Origin: Rhodosorus marinus CCMP1338
Lineage: Eukaryota; Plantae; Rhodophyta
Assembly (NCBI GenBank): GCA_029953675.1
Contig: JAMWBK010000002.1
Coordinates: 620,001-684,000, forward strand
Direction of reading: 5' to 3'
Length of the DNA: 64,000 bases
Part shown: positions 13,345 to 24,550 of the stretch, in pieces
Layout of the letters: each line of letters begins with the position of its first letter
How positions within the stretch are numbered: the first letter of the stretch is position 1
Program-made: the position numbers and the translations under genes
Notes under the pieces: generated by a model
What the model saw: only the letters and a program-made list of their open reading frames with translations
Told to the model about the DNA's origin: nothing
The model's database searches: none

Positions 13345-14559
13345 ATGTTCCTGACCGACGTTCTGGTGGCCGACGGCGGTTTGCAGCAGAGCAGCGGCTC
13401 TGTGGATGTGGAGGAACTCTTTGGGGGATCTGAAAAGCTGAGGTTTCCGAAAACCACGCTGAGCGCAACCAACGAGGATTCGAATATGGATTTTGATGAG
13501 GGTTTGATGTCCACGATAGACTCGCCTGAGAAAGCCTACCTGCTAGGATGGATTGTGGACGGTCTTGGAGCAGAACCGGACCTTAAAGATCCCACGTTGG
13601 AAGTGCAGATTCACACGCAGCCGGAGGACATGGAGACTCTCCTGGTTCTTCGCTCAGTGTACAGGGAGGACGTCTCCGTTGAAGTACCAACTCCTCGACC
13701 TGGGAAGGACGTTCAAGCTTCGTTCTCCATCCTTTCAAGGCAGATGATCGTAGATTCTTGCAAGCATCTGGGGGTTAGTGCTGGAGAGCAAGCCACTTTA
13801 AGGTTTCCCAGATTCGACGATGAAGCACTGCTATGGGCATTTATCCGCGGACTCGTAGAGAGCAGCGGCCGCATCAACGACTTCCAGGAAGGTGGAACTG
13901 CAGAATGCTACGTCCAACACGGATCCCAGAAGCTCCTCAGCGAAATGGTGGCTAAGATTGAGATCCCAGTTCACACAACAGAGGAAGGATTCTGCTTCAA
14001 AGGGGTTAACTGTATCGACTTTTTGGGGAAAATGTACGACAACTGCGGCAACTACAAACTAGAGCGCCTCCACAACAAATTCAGAGCGTGGCTGAAGTGC
14101 GTACCGGCCTCTGGAGAGACTATACAGCTGCCAGAATGCTTGGTCTACAGAGTAGATGAGAACGCTATCCTGCCTAGCAAGTCCAAAGAGTCTGATGTTG
14201 GGTACGACTTGAGCGTAATCAAGGAAGCCAAGAAGCTGCGTGGCAATGTTTCGCTCTACGATACGGGAGTCAGGGTTCGCGTGAGCCATGGGTTGTACGC
14301 TGAAATAGTTCCAAGAAGCTCTCTCTCGAAAAGTGGATACATGATGGCAAATAGCGTGGGCATCATCGATCCTTCATACAATGGGAACCTCCTCGTAGCG
14401 CTTGTCAAAGTGGATCCGGAGGCGCCTGAAGTCACCTTCCCCTTCAGATGCTGTCAGCTAATATTCAGACAGCAGGTTCACGTGAACGTGAACGAGGTGG
14501 ACACAATGTTCGATGCCACGGAAAGAGGCGCAGGTGGTTTCGGAAGCACCGGAAAGTGA
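13345..14559 (+). CDS. DUT: dUTPase with N-terminal degenerate LAGLIDADG-like domain
   Basis: C-terminal dUTPase motifs: DVGYDL, VPRSS, GIIDPSYNG, CQLIF, RGAGGFGSTG. N-terminal IDSPEKAYLLGWIVDG and WAFIRGLVESSGRI resemble the two LAGLIDADG helices. Small upstream exons (about 13133-13333) are possible. Confidence 0.9.
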   Translation: MFLTDVLVADGGLQQSSGSVDVEELFGGSEKLRFPKTTLSATNEDSNMDFDEGLMSTIDSPEKAYLLGWIVDGLGAEPDLKDPTLEVQIHTQPEDMETLLVLRSVYREDVSVEVPTPRPGKDVQASFSILSRQMIVDSCKHLGVSAGEQATLRFPRFDDEALLWAFIRGLVESSGRINDFQEGGTAECYVQHGSQKLLSEMVAKIEIPVHTTEEGFCFKGVNCIDFLGKMYDNCGNYKLERLHNKFRAWLKCVPASGETIQLPECLVYRVDENAILPSKSKESDVGYDLSVIKEAKKLRGNVSLYDTGVRVRVSHGLYAEIVPRSSLSKSGYMMANSVGIIDPSYNGNLLVALVKVDPEAPEVTFPFRCCQLIFRQQVHVNVNEVDTMFDATERGAGGFGSTGK

Positions 14560-14754
14560 AAAAATGAGAACCGTGTTTCAATTCCATAGATATCCAGCCT
14601 GTAGGAACCTTATGTCTTAGTAAAGATTATTTCAACTTTGCTTACATCCTTCCGATCGTTCACCACTCCGGTATGCCCGTAGTATCTTCAACAGTTGTGA
14701 AAGAAGCGCGTCGGACCCCCTAGCAAGTCACGCTGTTAACGAGCACCCCCTGTG

Positions 14755-15399
14755 TCAGAGCTGCTCCGCTGTGGTTGCGCTATTTTGGGTTCAAGAACAA
14801 TGGATAGGGGATAAAGAAGACGATCGGATTCGTGTGAATGATCTGTGAAGTACAATGTTGCTCTTCTGATTCCTCTTCGACCTTACCATTCATCTTTACA
14901 TTCAGTTCGACATGAACCCCTGTCCTTTGCAAGCGTTGCTTTCGGTTGAGTGCAGTTGTAAAGACACTGACTCAGGCAAAGTTGGTAGGATTTCTCTTCC
15001 TTCGTTCCCTTTTTGGGTTTTTTCACCCTCTTCGGCTCTTCCGCCTGAAAATTGAGCAAATAACAGAACAAATAACCAGTAAGGATCAAGCTGTACGTGC
15101 CAGCAGTACCACTCGATCTTCACTAACCGGAATCGTCTCTCCTGGAATACCCTCTCCGAGCGTAAGGCCAACCAACACCGCAGCCAAGCTGAGCGTGACA
15201 TCCCTTCTCGAAGTTCGCTGTGTTTCAGTATCAAGAAGCGATCAAAAAAAAGGCATTCAGCGCTTTTCATATCACCCTAAACGAACGCTTTCCACCTGAA
15301 CAATGCCAAAAGCTTACCCAATCCCGATTCACCGCGCACGTTCTCGTCCGTGTACGTCTCTCACGCACCACACATCCAGATCCAACGAAGCCAATCATG
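14755..15399 (-). CDS. Small nucleus-encoded thylakoid-lumen Cys-rich protein (4 exons, Tat-type targeting)
   Basis: Reconstructed: MIGFVGSGCVVRERR.. transit peptide | RTSRRDVTLSLAAVLVGL twin-Arg plus hydrophobic signal | AEEPK..CLSQCLYNC..CRTECKDE|CATTAEQL*, joined by GT-AG introns. Confidence 0.7.
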
Positions 15400-16518
15400 A
15401 CGGAAATTCTCCTTCTAAGCACTCTCGTTTTTTGAAAACAGACAAACTCCAGAAATAATAATAGTAAGTAAGTAACAGGCTGCGCTTTCAGTTGTATGGA
15501 TCCGATCGCCTTCCCTCCCTCTCCCCACTCATCGTCCCGTCATCGATTGCCACTCACCACTTTCCCTAATCCATTCCTCTAAAAGACCATCAAAAAATCT
15601 CCGATCCATTGAGATCGATGAATGAACAGCCTGTCCTAAAGAAAGAATATCCGTTTTTTTACTTCAGGGTTGGTAGGTCTCCCGTTTTCCGCGACTGTCG
15701 CCGGTGGTACCAGTGAGGGCGAAGTCTTGTAGGCAAAAACGCCTTTAGATTCTTTTGCAAGACGAGGACTCGAGAGTCCGAGCCTGCAATATTTTTTGTT
15801 TGCGTCCGGATTGAAAACGGCCAGGCACGGAGTTTTACCGCAAAATCCCCATTACTGTAGGGTGGGATATCGCTTGTTCAGGTTGGCTGCCCGTGCGGTG
15901 ACCCCTGGAGCGCGAAGCCTCGCCGTAGAAACACAACAAAAACTTTTCTGGTTTTTCCGCGGAGCGTTTCCGAGAGCAAGCGCTGGGAAGTACCCAGGCT
16001 TATTGGGCTACAATCCCTTGGCAACCTTTCGCAACAGGCTAGGAAGACTTAGGTTTGCTGCAGGGTGGGCGTGTTGGATTGCCGTGAGTGAGCACGCGGG
16101 GAGATACCAAGCGGTAGCCCTTGTTTTCTGAGAGCCAACATCCAGCCGTCCCTTAATGGCACAAAGCCATTTCAACAAAACGCCAAAAGGTCCAATGCGA
16201 AAACTACGCCAGCTTTCCTATGCCGTTGGCTGATTTGATGAAATGCGCGCGACCAACACCTCGGAAAACATTTCGACAAGGTGAGCCGTGCGAAAGTTGG
16301 TTGAGTCCCCGAAGTCTTGTTTCTCTTCAGGACGCTCATAGACAACAGAGAAATAGGCGAGTGATCTTCACATGATCAAAGCGCAAAGCCGTGCTTGGTG
16401 CATGTTATACCGATCCGCTCGAAACTAAATCCCAGGAATAAATTCAGTTTTATGTCCAAGCGCTACATCGACGGGCTAGTTTCGGATGGCAGATCAAGTT
16501 GGCGTTCATCAGCAGAAG

Positions 16519-17444
16519 CTACTTGGCAACTGATGCCTTGATTCGCTCAAAATCTGCGAGCGCTTTGTCCCAAATCTTGGACGTGACGCCATCGGGGGTG
16601 TAAACGCATTGGACTCCCAGCCGTTGCACCGAGTGCAGATTACCTCTCTCGTTGTCAAAGAATATCATGTCTTCGAAGGCGACCTTGCTTCGTTTTGAGA
16701 GCTCCCTGAAGTGGTTGGTCTTGTCTCCTTTGTATATTGCCTCATAGTCGACTGTTTCCTTCATCGAGATTCCCTCACCAACGTCGAACTCCTTCATGCA
16801 CTCTTGTGCCCATTCCGGTTCGTCTGTTCTGGACGCGATTCCGACTAGCGTGTCCTCAAACTAAGTCGCGAACACATAACCAGCATCACGCATGCGCGTA
16901 GAAGGCACAATTAGATTGTTAATTTGGGCCGGAACAAGCCTTTACAATGACCAGGTGCAACTCACCTTTTGGTCGGTTTTCAGAGAGTACAGCACGGATC
17001 TGGACGAACCAAGAAGCTTGACCATCTCGCCGCCTGCTGCTCTTACGTTTCCAGTTTTCGCGTCTCTTCTGAAAGGCGGGCCACTACCCCACAACATGTA
17101 CATCTCAGGGTACCACAGCGTTCCGTCCAAGTCGAAGACAACCTAACCAAAAATCTGAATTGTAAGAAATCCTCATCTGTTTTTCTTTCACAACAGAAAC
17201 CCACAATATTAGAACCGAATGAAACAAAGACACAACCAAATAAAAGAAGGAAAAAGAGAGCCGAAAATCTGTATACCATCTTCGGCAAACGACTGTCTTC
17301 ACACCTTCCGTTCTCACCCATCCTGCACGTCGCTGCCTCCCTAGAAAAGTTAACCTTCGATGTTGATCGATGACACAAAACGGAATTCGTAAATGCAAAT
17401 GTTGTTGTCATCACTAAAGCCAAATTTGTCAGGCTCGTCTTCAT
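16519..17444 (-). CDS. MDP1: Magnesium-dependent phosphatase 1 (HAD IIIC), with N-terminal extension
   Basis: RLPKM|VVFDLDGTLWYPEMY (DxDxT), IASRT region, YKGDKTNHF, MIFFDNERGN, LGVQCVYTPDGVT. Confidence 0.88.
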
Positions 17445-17870
17445 CCGCTGACAACATCAACACCTCTCCTCCAACCTTTAGCAACCAAATCAGTAGAGCG
17501 TTCTAGTTCGGCATGTCCTCTCGGAAACGCATTTCTAACCCGCCCTCATCGGAAGCCGAAACCTCCATTTTTAACTGTCATATGCGAGGCTCATTGAAAA
17601 CTCACGATTTCAATACTATTTCGAACACTTTCCCGATGAGTCCGATCTTTTCGAGCGTGTCACTTAAATGTAAAACGCGAATGTCTTTTTCAAGTGTCAT
17701 CTTTTGGTTGAACGAGAATGTTCGAAAAATTGTCTGCAGAGCAGGGTTTAGGAGCTTCTTTTGCAGCATTGGATATGACACTTAAATAGAATTAGAACAA
17801 ATCGCAACTGGCCTGCGGCGAACCGGTGGGATGTTCTGGATAGAAAATAGAGCGCGAGGAGGGGTGCTGA

Positions 17871-17948
17871 AAACGTTCAGTAGAAGGTGATCAAATCCGC
17901 TTCTGTGAGTATGCAGAAGCGGATTTGATCACCTTCTACTGAACGTTT
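17871..17948. repeat. Perfect 35-bp inverted repeat with 8-nt loop
   Basis: 17871-17905 aaacgttcagtagaaggtgatcaaatccgcttctg is the exact reverse complement of 17914-17948; loop tgagtatg. Confidence 0.95.
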
Positions 17949-18241
17949 GCTGAAAACCAGGGCAGTTCTGCTGGTCGACTGCCGGAGCCTAGGTTTTACA
18001 TAGTACAGCGTGCGCAAAAAGAAATCCGGTTTGCTCCATATCCCTGGGGCTATGCTAGGAACATTGATCCAGAGCAGATCCACACTATCCCACCGTTTCT
18101 AGAGAAATCTGTCTTGACGGTGAGAGTTTGGTTAGTGGCCTGAACCTCCAAAGCGCACTCCTAGACCGAAGTCAGAAGTCATTCGCTTTAACGCCGTTAA
18201 TCACTACACACGATTCTTTCGGGGGTCACGTTGATACTGTT

Positions 18242-20304
18242 CTATTGCTTGTGGGTAGCTATGTACCAAACAGGCAACAAGAACAGCGCTGATCCAATTG
18301 TAGAACCGAAGAGAAGGCCCAGGTACGCATTCCAGCCCATCTTGTTCACGAACAGACTAATGGGATACCCAGAGATGGCGGCGCCGAGATAGGAAATCCA
18401 CCCAAGAATGCCAGTCGCGGTTGCGACAATTCGACGATCAACTGATTCAGCGGCCACCAGTCCCAGGAGGCATTGCGGCCCGTTGACAAAAAATCCTAGC
18501 ATACTTATTGCTAGCGAGTCAATCAGCGGCGTGGTCTTCGGGAACAAGGCAACAAAGAGGATCGTCGCTGCAAGGCCTTTCAAAAGTAGGACGATTGGAT
18601 ATCAGGCACGAACCTCACGAACAGGACAAGTTGTTGGGCTACATCATGCAGCATGGGGCTCACCTGCAAGGTACACAAGCATGACAGGTATTCTACTTCC
18701 CTTGACCTTGTCCGATACTACTCCAGATGAGAAAGTGCCAAGCAGTCCGCCAATTTCCATTCCGCTTACGCGATAAGCCGCCTGAACATGGTGCGGAACC
18801 GGAGAGTAGGCCGTTGCAGTTAGGACTGAGATCACATACGAGGTGTTCCAACCTGCGAAACGACAGGATTTTGAAAGGGCCAAGCACCTCAGCGACACGA
18901 ATCTTCTGAGTATCTGCGAGATAGAAGTGATGCCAAGACCGCATCCCTGAGCGAAGGAAGTAGATGAAGCAGTTGCTAATGGCCAGGAACCATAGGGTTT
19001 TGTTGAAGAGCACCCTTTCCACTAGAAGCTGAGACGTAAATCCAGATGAACTGGTGTTTAGAACCCGCAACGGCAATCACGTCGTTGTTTCGAGTATTTC
19101 TGCAAATCGAACCTTCAAATAAGACATTTTCTCGTCGCCCTCTGCAGTTCCTGAGTTGGAGCTCGTCCCCTTCGGATCGTGCTCGACCGTATACCCCAAA
19201 TCCTCGGGTTCATCTCTGAGCCATGGGATCATCAGAAATCCGAAAACAATTGCCCCGATACCAGGAAACAAAGCGCCCGCTTGCCACTGAAAGTTGGAGA
19301 CCAGGAAGCCGCAGACCAATGGAGCCAGGAATCCACCAAAGTTCGACGAGGTTGACCAAAATGCCCACCTACGCAGAGAACAAGTAGAACAGCCGAGCAA
19401 GGCCTCAGAATACTATTGGTTGAGACTGGATTCCAGTCCGCTGAACCCAAGAAGGAAGAGGACTTGGAGTTTGAGGTGCAGCATACCAGAACCCCCGTTC
19501 CTTTCTTGTATACCACATCGTAAGCACACGGGCGACCGCACCAGCTCCAACGCCTTGGACGAGGCCGTTCAAAGCCCACGTCATTCCAAACCCTCGGAAA
19601 CCGCTTGCCAGAGCGAGTCCTACATTCGCCAGGCCTGTTAAGATCATGCCTGACCCAAGAACCTGTTTTGAGACCAGCAAAACCAGTGTTAGACTGGCAG
19701 GGTTGTGAAAAGATAGTACTCGGATTAGGGAAGGATCTTTGCTGCCCACCAATCGCGGAGATACATTGTCAGCAATGAACCCAGAAATGAGCTTCGAACC
19801 ACCATACATCATGGGGAAAGCAGAAGCCACTGCTCCGATTTCGGCGAGCGAGAGAAGCCCTTGTCTTTGAAGAGTTGGAGAGATGAACGTAAATGTCGCT
19901 CGAGTGAGTGCATAGACAACGTACCTGAGAGCAACACAAAGATGTGAGATAACTGTGTTAGTTTCAAAATCCGTGAAAGCCAGGTGTATATGGAGCCTGT
20001 ACTTCGGCTACCAACGGGGTTGGGCTTACGAAGCATAGAGACCGAAAAAAACTCTGTATCTCCACTGTTTGAAACCTTTCTGCTGAAGGTGATTGTTTTC
20101 GCTGATTTCTGCATCAGCGATTTCGAAGCCAACCTCCTTACTGCTTTCGGCGAAGACTTTCCCTTCTCCAGATGAAACGCTCTCAGCCAGTCTCACCCTC
20201 CGTCTCGGCGGCTGTCCGGGTTCCCTCCGGTGTCCGTGCACAGCATTTACTCGGGCTCTATTGGGTGCTATAACCCCACCTAACCCAGTAAACCCGACCT
20301 CCAT
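18242..20304 (-). CDS. UhpC: UhpC/GlpT-type (MFS OPA family) sugar-phosphate transporter with plastid transit peptide, multi-exon
   Basis: WRYRVFFGLYASY, YGGSKLISGFIAD, WALNGLVQGVG, WYTRKERGFW, STSSNFGG, WLRDEPEDLG, EIGGLLGTFSSGVVSD, GFFVNGPQ, ATATGILGWISYLGA; N-terminus MEVGFTG. Confidence 0.9.
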
Positions 20305-21266
20305 AATTGATCGATACGAGAATCAAGTCTCGTTCATGCACTGGACGTACGAGACGATCGCCTAACTCAGAAAGTGGCAACCTCGAATAGCCAGAAACAC
20401 GGCAACACGCAGGCACTAAGTACGGAAAGACTTCAGTTAATGCCATTCATGCTTTCAATGCTTCTCCTCTTCCATCGTCCCAACAAAAATCGAGCCAACG
20501 GTTTACGATTTTCAAGGCCGTACTGCAAGCTGTGCGGGGTGGGGGGGAGAAAATACCGGATCATTGAGAACGCCGTGACGACCAGGCAAGATCAAAGCTG
20601 TCCTAAGGACGGCGATTTATTTTATGGCAAGATTCGATTCAATTAAGGCATCTACTGAATCCCTCACAAAGGATCATCCGCGTTGCGTTTAGAGGTTTTC
20701 AGTGACCGCAATGGGTCCATGTGCCGGGAAGAATAGCGAATGAGTGTTTAGCGTATGTTCCCCCATCAGGGCAAGAAGGAACTTTCCATAAGCCTAGCTT
20801 AACTTGAAAGACTTTCATGTCTTCATGTGCTCCTTGTTACACTTCAAGCTATTCTTCCTAGATCGGATCTCCCCAGTAGAAAACTGCAGGGTGACTTGTT
20901 CAAGCCTTTTCGCTCATATGGATCCGATCTCCGCGAAACCATGAAAAGAGGTACTTCTTTTACTACATTCAGACAATTGGCGTAGAAGAACTTGCTGTAG
21001 CGAATCATCTCTCGTCGTGAAAGGGAATATCTTTCTACAGAATTTAATTGGACGTAGGGTTTCATGAAACGCCACCGGTTCAAATTTATGATGATATGAT
21101 TGGTCGAATGGTGAATTCTCCGCGTTTTAAAATAACCCGGGGCCTTAGTTGTATTACCAGACCGAGGTCTCAACCTACTGTCGATACGGCCGGGATCGCG
21201 GACGATCATCCCCCCGATGAGGTTTCCGAACAACATGAGCTCCGGAAGGAGGTTCGCCAGAATGAG

Positions 21267-23515
21267 CTAGGCAGGCATAGGTTCCTTTTCTTCCGCTTGG
21301 TGCGGGGCTTCGCGCTTTTCGGCTTGAACTGTGGATGTGGTGACACCGACGCGCCGTTTCGCAGTTTCCAAGTTGGGCCGAACGCTCGGCTGACTGCTGT
21401 TGGCATCCTGTGGAGGAGAACTTTCCTCGGTGTTAAGAACGGTGCTGTCATTAGTCACTTCGGCGGCACCAAATGACCCAAAAGCGTCGGATTGATCGGA
21501 CTGAGCTGGATTCTCCGAGAGTCCGCTACTCGCAGCTGGTGCTTCTCCGTTCATTGCAAGCCCTGGTATGCGATTTTCGACCGCCGCGCTCTGAGTCAGA
21601 ACGTCGCTCGGTAGACGAATATTTGGTGGCTCCTCGCTACGTCCCACTGGAGATATCTTCGTTTTCTCCAGTTCCGCGGCTAAGCTCTCCAGCTGTTTCT
21701 CAATAGCATCATCATCATCAACATCAGTCTGACTTCGTTGTGAAAATGCCGCGTTGATTTGTGCATTGGTCTCCATGTGACCTTCCATATCAACCATTAG
21801 ATCATCCAACCTATCCACATCAATTTGAACCTGGCGAAGGCAGCAAAGCAAAAGTCAAGCTCAGGACAAGCGCTTTCTGGCGTGGCTCTGCTTTGGAAAG
21901 CACAGTCAACGTGGTCCAAGCAGTTTGGATACGGGCACCACTTACGTCTTGAAGCACCTTCATACTTTGCTCCAGGGTTTCTACAGCATCCATTGTACTG
22001 TGTGCTTCGTCCACGGAGGAGAGCGCAGTTTCAATATTCCGGCTTAGCACGATGAGGTGATCTATCTGTTTCTCCGTCATTTTGCTTCTCTGCATGAAAG
22101 CGGAAGCCCTAGATTTTCTAGTTTTCTCTGGAAGGCTCATGTTTCCGTAGGCAGTCTTCGCTGACGCCACGTGCGACTGCAAGACTTCCTCCAGTTGTTG
22201 CTCTTGGACCCTCAATGCCCGCAGCGTAGTCTTCATACTGAGCACCTGGACGTCGTTTGAGGTGAGCTGTTCACTGCAGGATTTTACGGCGTACTTTCCA
22301 GGAGCGATTTCTGCTGTTTGCCATTTTCTCTTTGATGTTTGATATGCAGCGAGGGCGATCGCCTCTCGGATATCTCCGTTGCACTCCTCTAAATGATTAG
22401 AACAGGGATAGTACCAGCAAAGAAAGAACCACGATCAGCATATCCTTTCTTTCAGTGATACTGAGGTCCAGATTTCCTGAAGGCGAGGTTGCGCGAAGTG
22501 AGGTGTAGTTGATGGCATACCTTCAGCAACTTCTTCCAACAATTTCAAACTATCGGTATAGCTCCCGCCGCTGATCTGTACTTCAACGTCTGCGGCTCTC
22601 CTTTCTAGGTTGCTTTTCGCGCACAAAACCCCCGCTGTGCTGGGATTTGTGCTTAGGTACCTGGTGGCCCATCTCCACATCGTTTTCATCGCCGAACCGG
22701 CCTTGGCCGCAGCGGTCTCTGGCAAATATACAACTCTAGCATAATCTATGAGTTCTGGGGGTCGTATCAACTCTCCTTTCGCGACGAGCTCGCTCACTAT
22801 TCGAGAACCACTTTTTGGAAGCCGTCCTGACCATTCAAGTCTACGAAGAAGCTCTTCCTGTTGGAAATACAGAGAGAGCGAGAGATTCATTGAGTGCCTC
22901 CTCGTGAATCAGGTTCGGTCTTTTGGTCAACGCAATGTACAGAAAGTGTTGCGTTTCCGCTCAGCACGAGGCAAAGGAACAGACTGAATCTCAGTCTACA
23001 GATAGCTGCGCTCTTCAGAGGACAATGCATTTCAAAGAAATTTCGAACAATCCAAGTGCGCTAGTTAGATCACCAGGTTATGCTAATAAAGCAAGCCAAT
23101 AAAGCCAGTTAGATCACCAAATTAGTCTGGGGTCTAGTGATCGAGCCCCCCAGGGTTCAGAGCTTGGAATGCTCGGAAGGCGTGTTTGATTCAAGGAACT
23201 TTTTTTCGATAGCTGATACCTTGGTTGCGACCAATCTTCCGGGCTCTGCGGTTACGACAAGAACGGTCTCCGTGAACCAATTTATAAGTTCATTCCACAA
23301 TATCTACAAAACGGAGAGCCTCAACGTTCAGTTTTAAAAGGGGCCGCAACGGAAATACGCACAAAAACACGAAGAACGGCGTGACAACAAGAACAGCTCA
23401 CCGGATTGGTTTCTTTCTCAGGAGGAAGCTCGGCGGACCACAACATTTCCAGGTCCACCGGATCTTTGTCCACAATAAGAGCTTTCAGCTCTTCGCTCTT
23501 GCCGGAATCAATCAT
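21267..23515 (-). CDS. CHMP7: CHMP7-like ESCRT-II/III hybrid (winged-helix region plus Snf7 domain), multi-exon
   Basis: ILWNELINWF, LRRLEWSGRLPKSGSRIVSELVAKGELIRP (WH region), then Snf7 coiled coil (ETALSSVDEAHSTMDAVETL..QVQIDVDRLDDLMVDMEGHME..DDDDAIEKQLESL) and a low-complexity tail. Confidence 0.7.
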
Positions 23516-23878
23516 GTTCACATCTTATAGTCCAGGGGAAATCCAAAAAAAAGCAAAAAGATTGACCTTCCTTCTTCAGTATATCTGCTCTGGAAACCCC
23601 ATCCACCGCCAACTTATCCCTACAAGGAAACCCATTTCCAGATGTACTTCTTGAGAAGGGGTGTATACCGGACGTCTGTTTGCAAGAGTATCATTGCATC
23701 ACAAACCCGAATCGCTCCTTTCACTAAGGCCATTCACAAATCAACCCCAATGTCGTCAACCGATTCTCGCCTTAGGGTTTTCAAAAACTGACAGCTGTCT
23801 TTTCGAAAGTTTACGGAAAACTATTTTGGCAAGTTCACGATTGGAGTTGGGAAGCAGGGGGCGGCTGAGGCAACACCT

Positions 23879-24024
23879 GCGAAAGAGGAGCGCCCCGGAC
23901 AGTGGATATGCTCAATTGAAGTCTGCTTCAAGTAGTAATGGAGGGATGACCCTGAATGGCGAAAGAGGGAGCCCCCCAGATGCTGGATTTATGCTCGATT
24001 GAAGTCTTGGTAGAGGGACGACCC
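23879..24024. repeat. Degenerate tandem duplication, period about 80 nt
   Basis: Both units read gcgaaagagg(g)agc.cccc...tggat..atgctc.attgaagtct...gtag...aggga.gaccc, starting at 23879 and 23959. Confidence 0.7.
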
Positions 24025-24550
24025 GTCTTCCTCGACCTGGGCGATTCTGGAAGTTTGGTTTGAGGATGGATGGATGGTCGAGTGGGATCAGGTGGTTGTG
24101 CGTAACGCCCTGTCCGAGGGATAGCCTCAGAACAGGAAAAGGGGATCTGTCCAATAACATATGGTCAGCGGACCCGACGGCTCCATCGGTCCAGATCAGA
24201 ACTTCTGCGTTGGCTTCCTCAGTTTCTCGATGGATACCTTAATTGCGTATTGGAGGTCTTTCAAGTTGGGAGTTTGGAGCTCTCTGCCTATTGACCACGA
24301 ACCGATATTTCGTAGAGGCAAGCTCATCTTAGTAGTCTCCCAAGGCCGCAACCATAGTAGAAGCTGATCGTTACTGCTGGTGAGCGAAGTAGAGTCGAAA
24401 ACGGAAAGGCTCGGGCACAAAAACAAGTCCGGTTCAGTCTCGCTTTTTTGAATGTACCCGAAAAACGGTCGGCCCAATATGTGCAGACGAAAAAAAAGGA
24501 AAACAAAAATGATTCGTGCTGGTTTTAGGATGCCAGGCATCGATCGAACT

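Noticed and set aside
13345-14559. LAGLIDADG domain as an intein or group I intron ORF inside dUTPase
   Set aside because: The domain is N-terminal to an uninterrupted dUTPase. No Cys/Ser start or His-Asn end splice motifs and no flanking group I structure were seen
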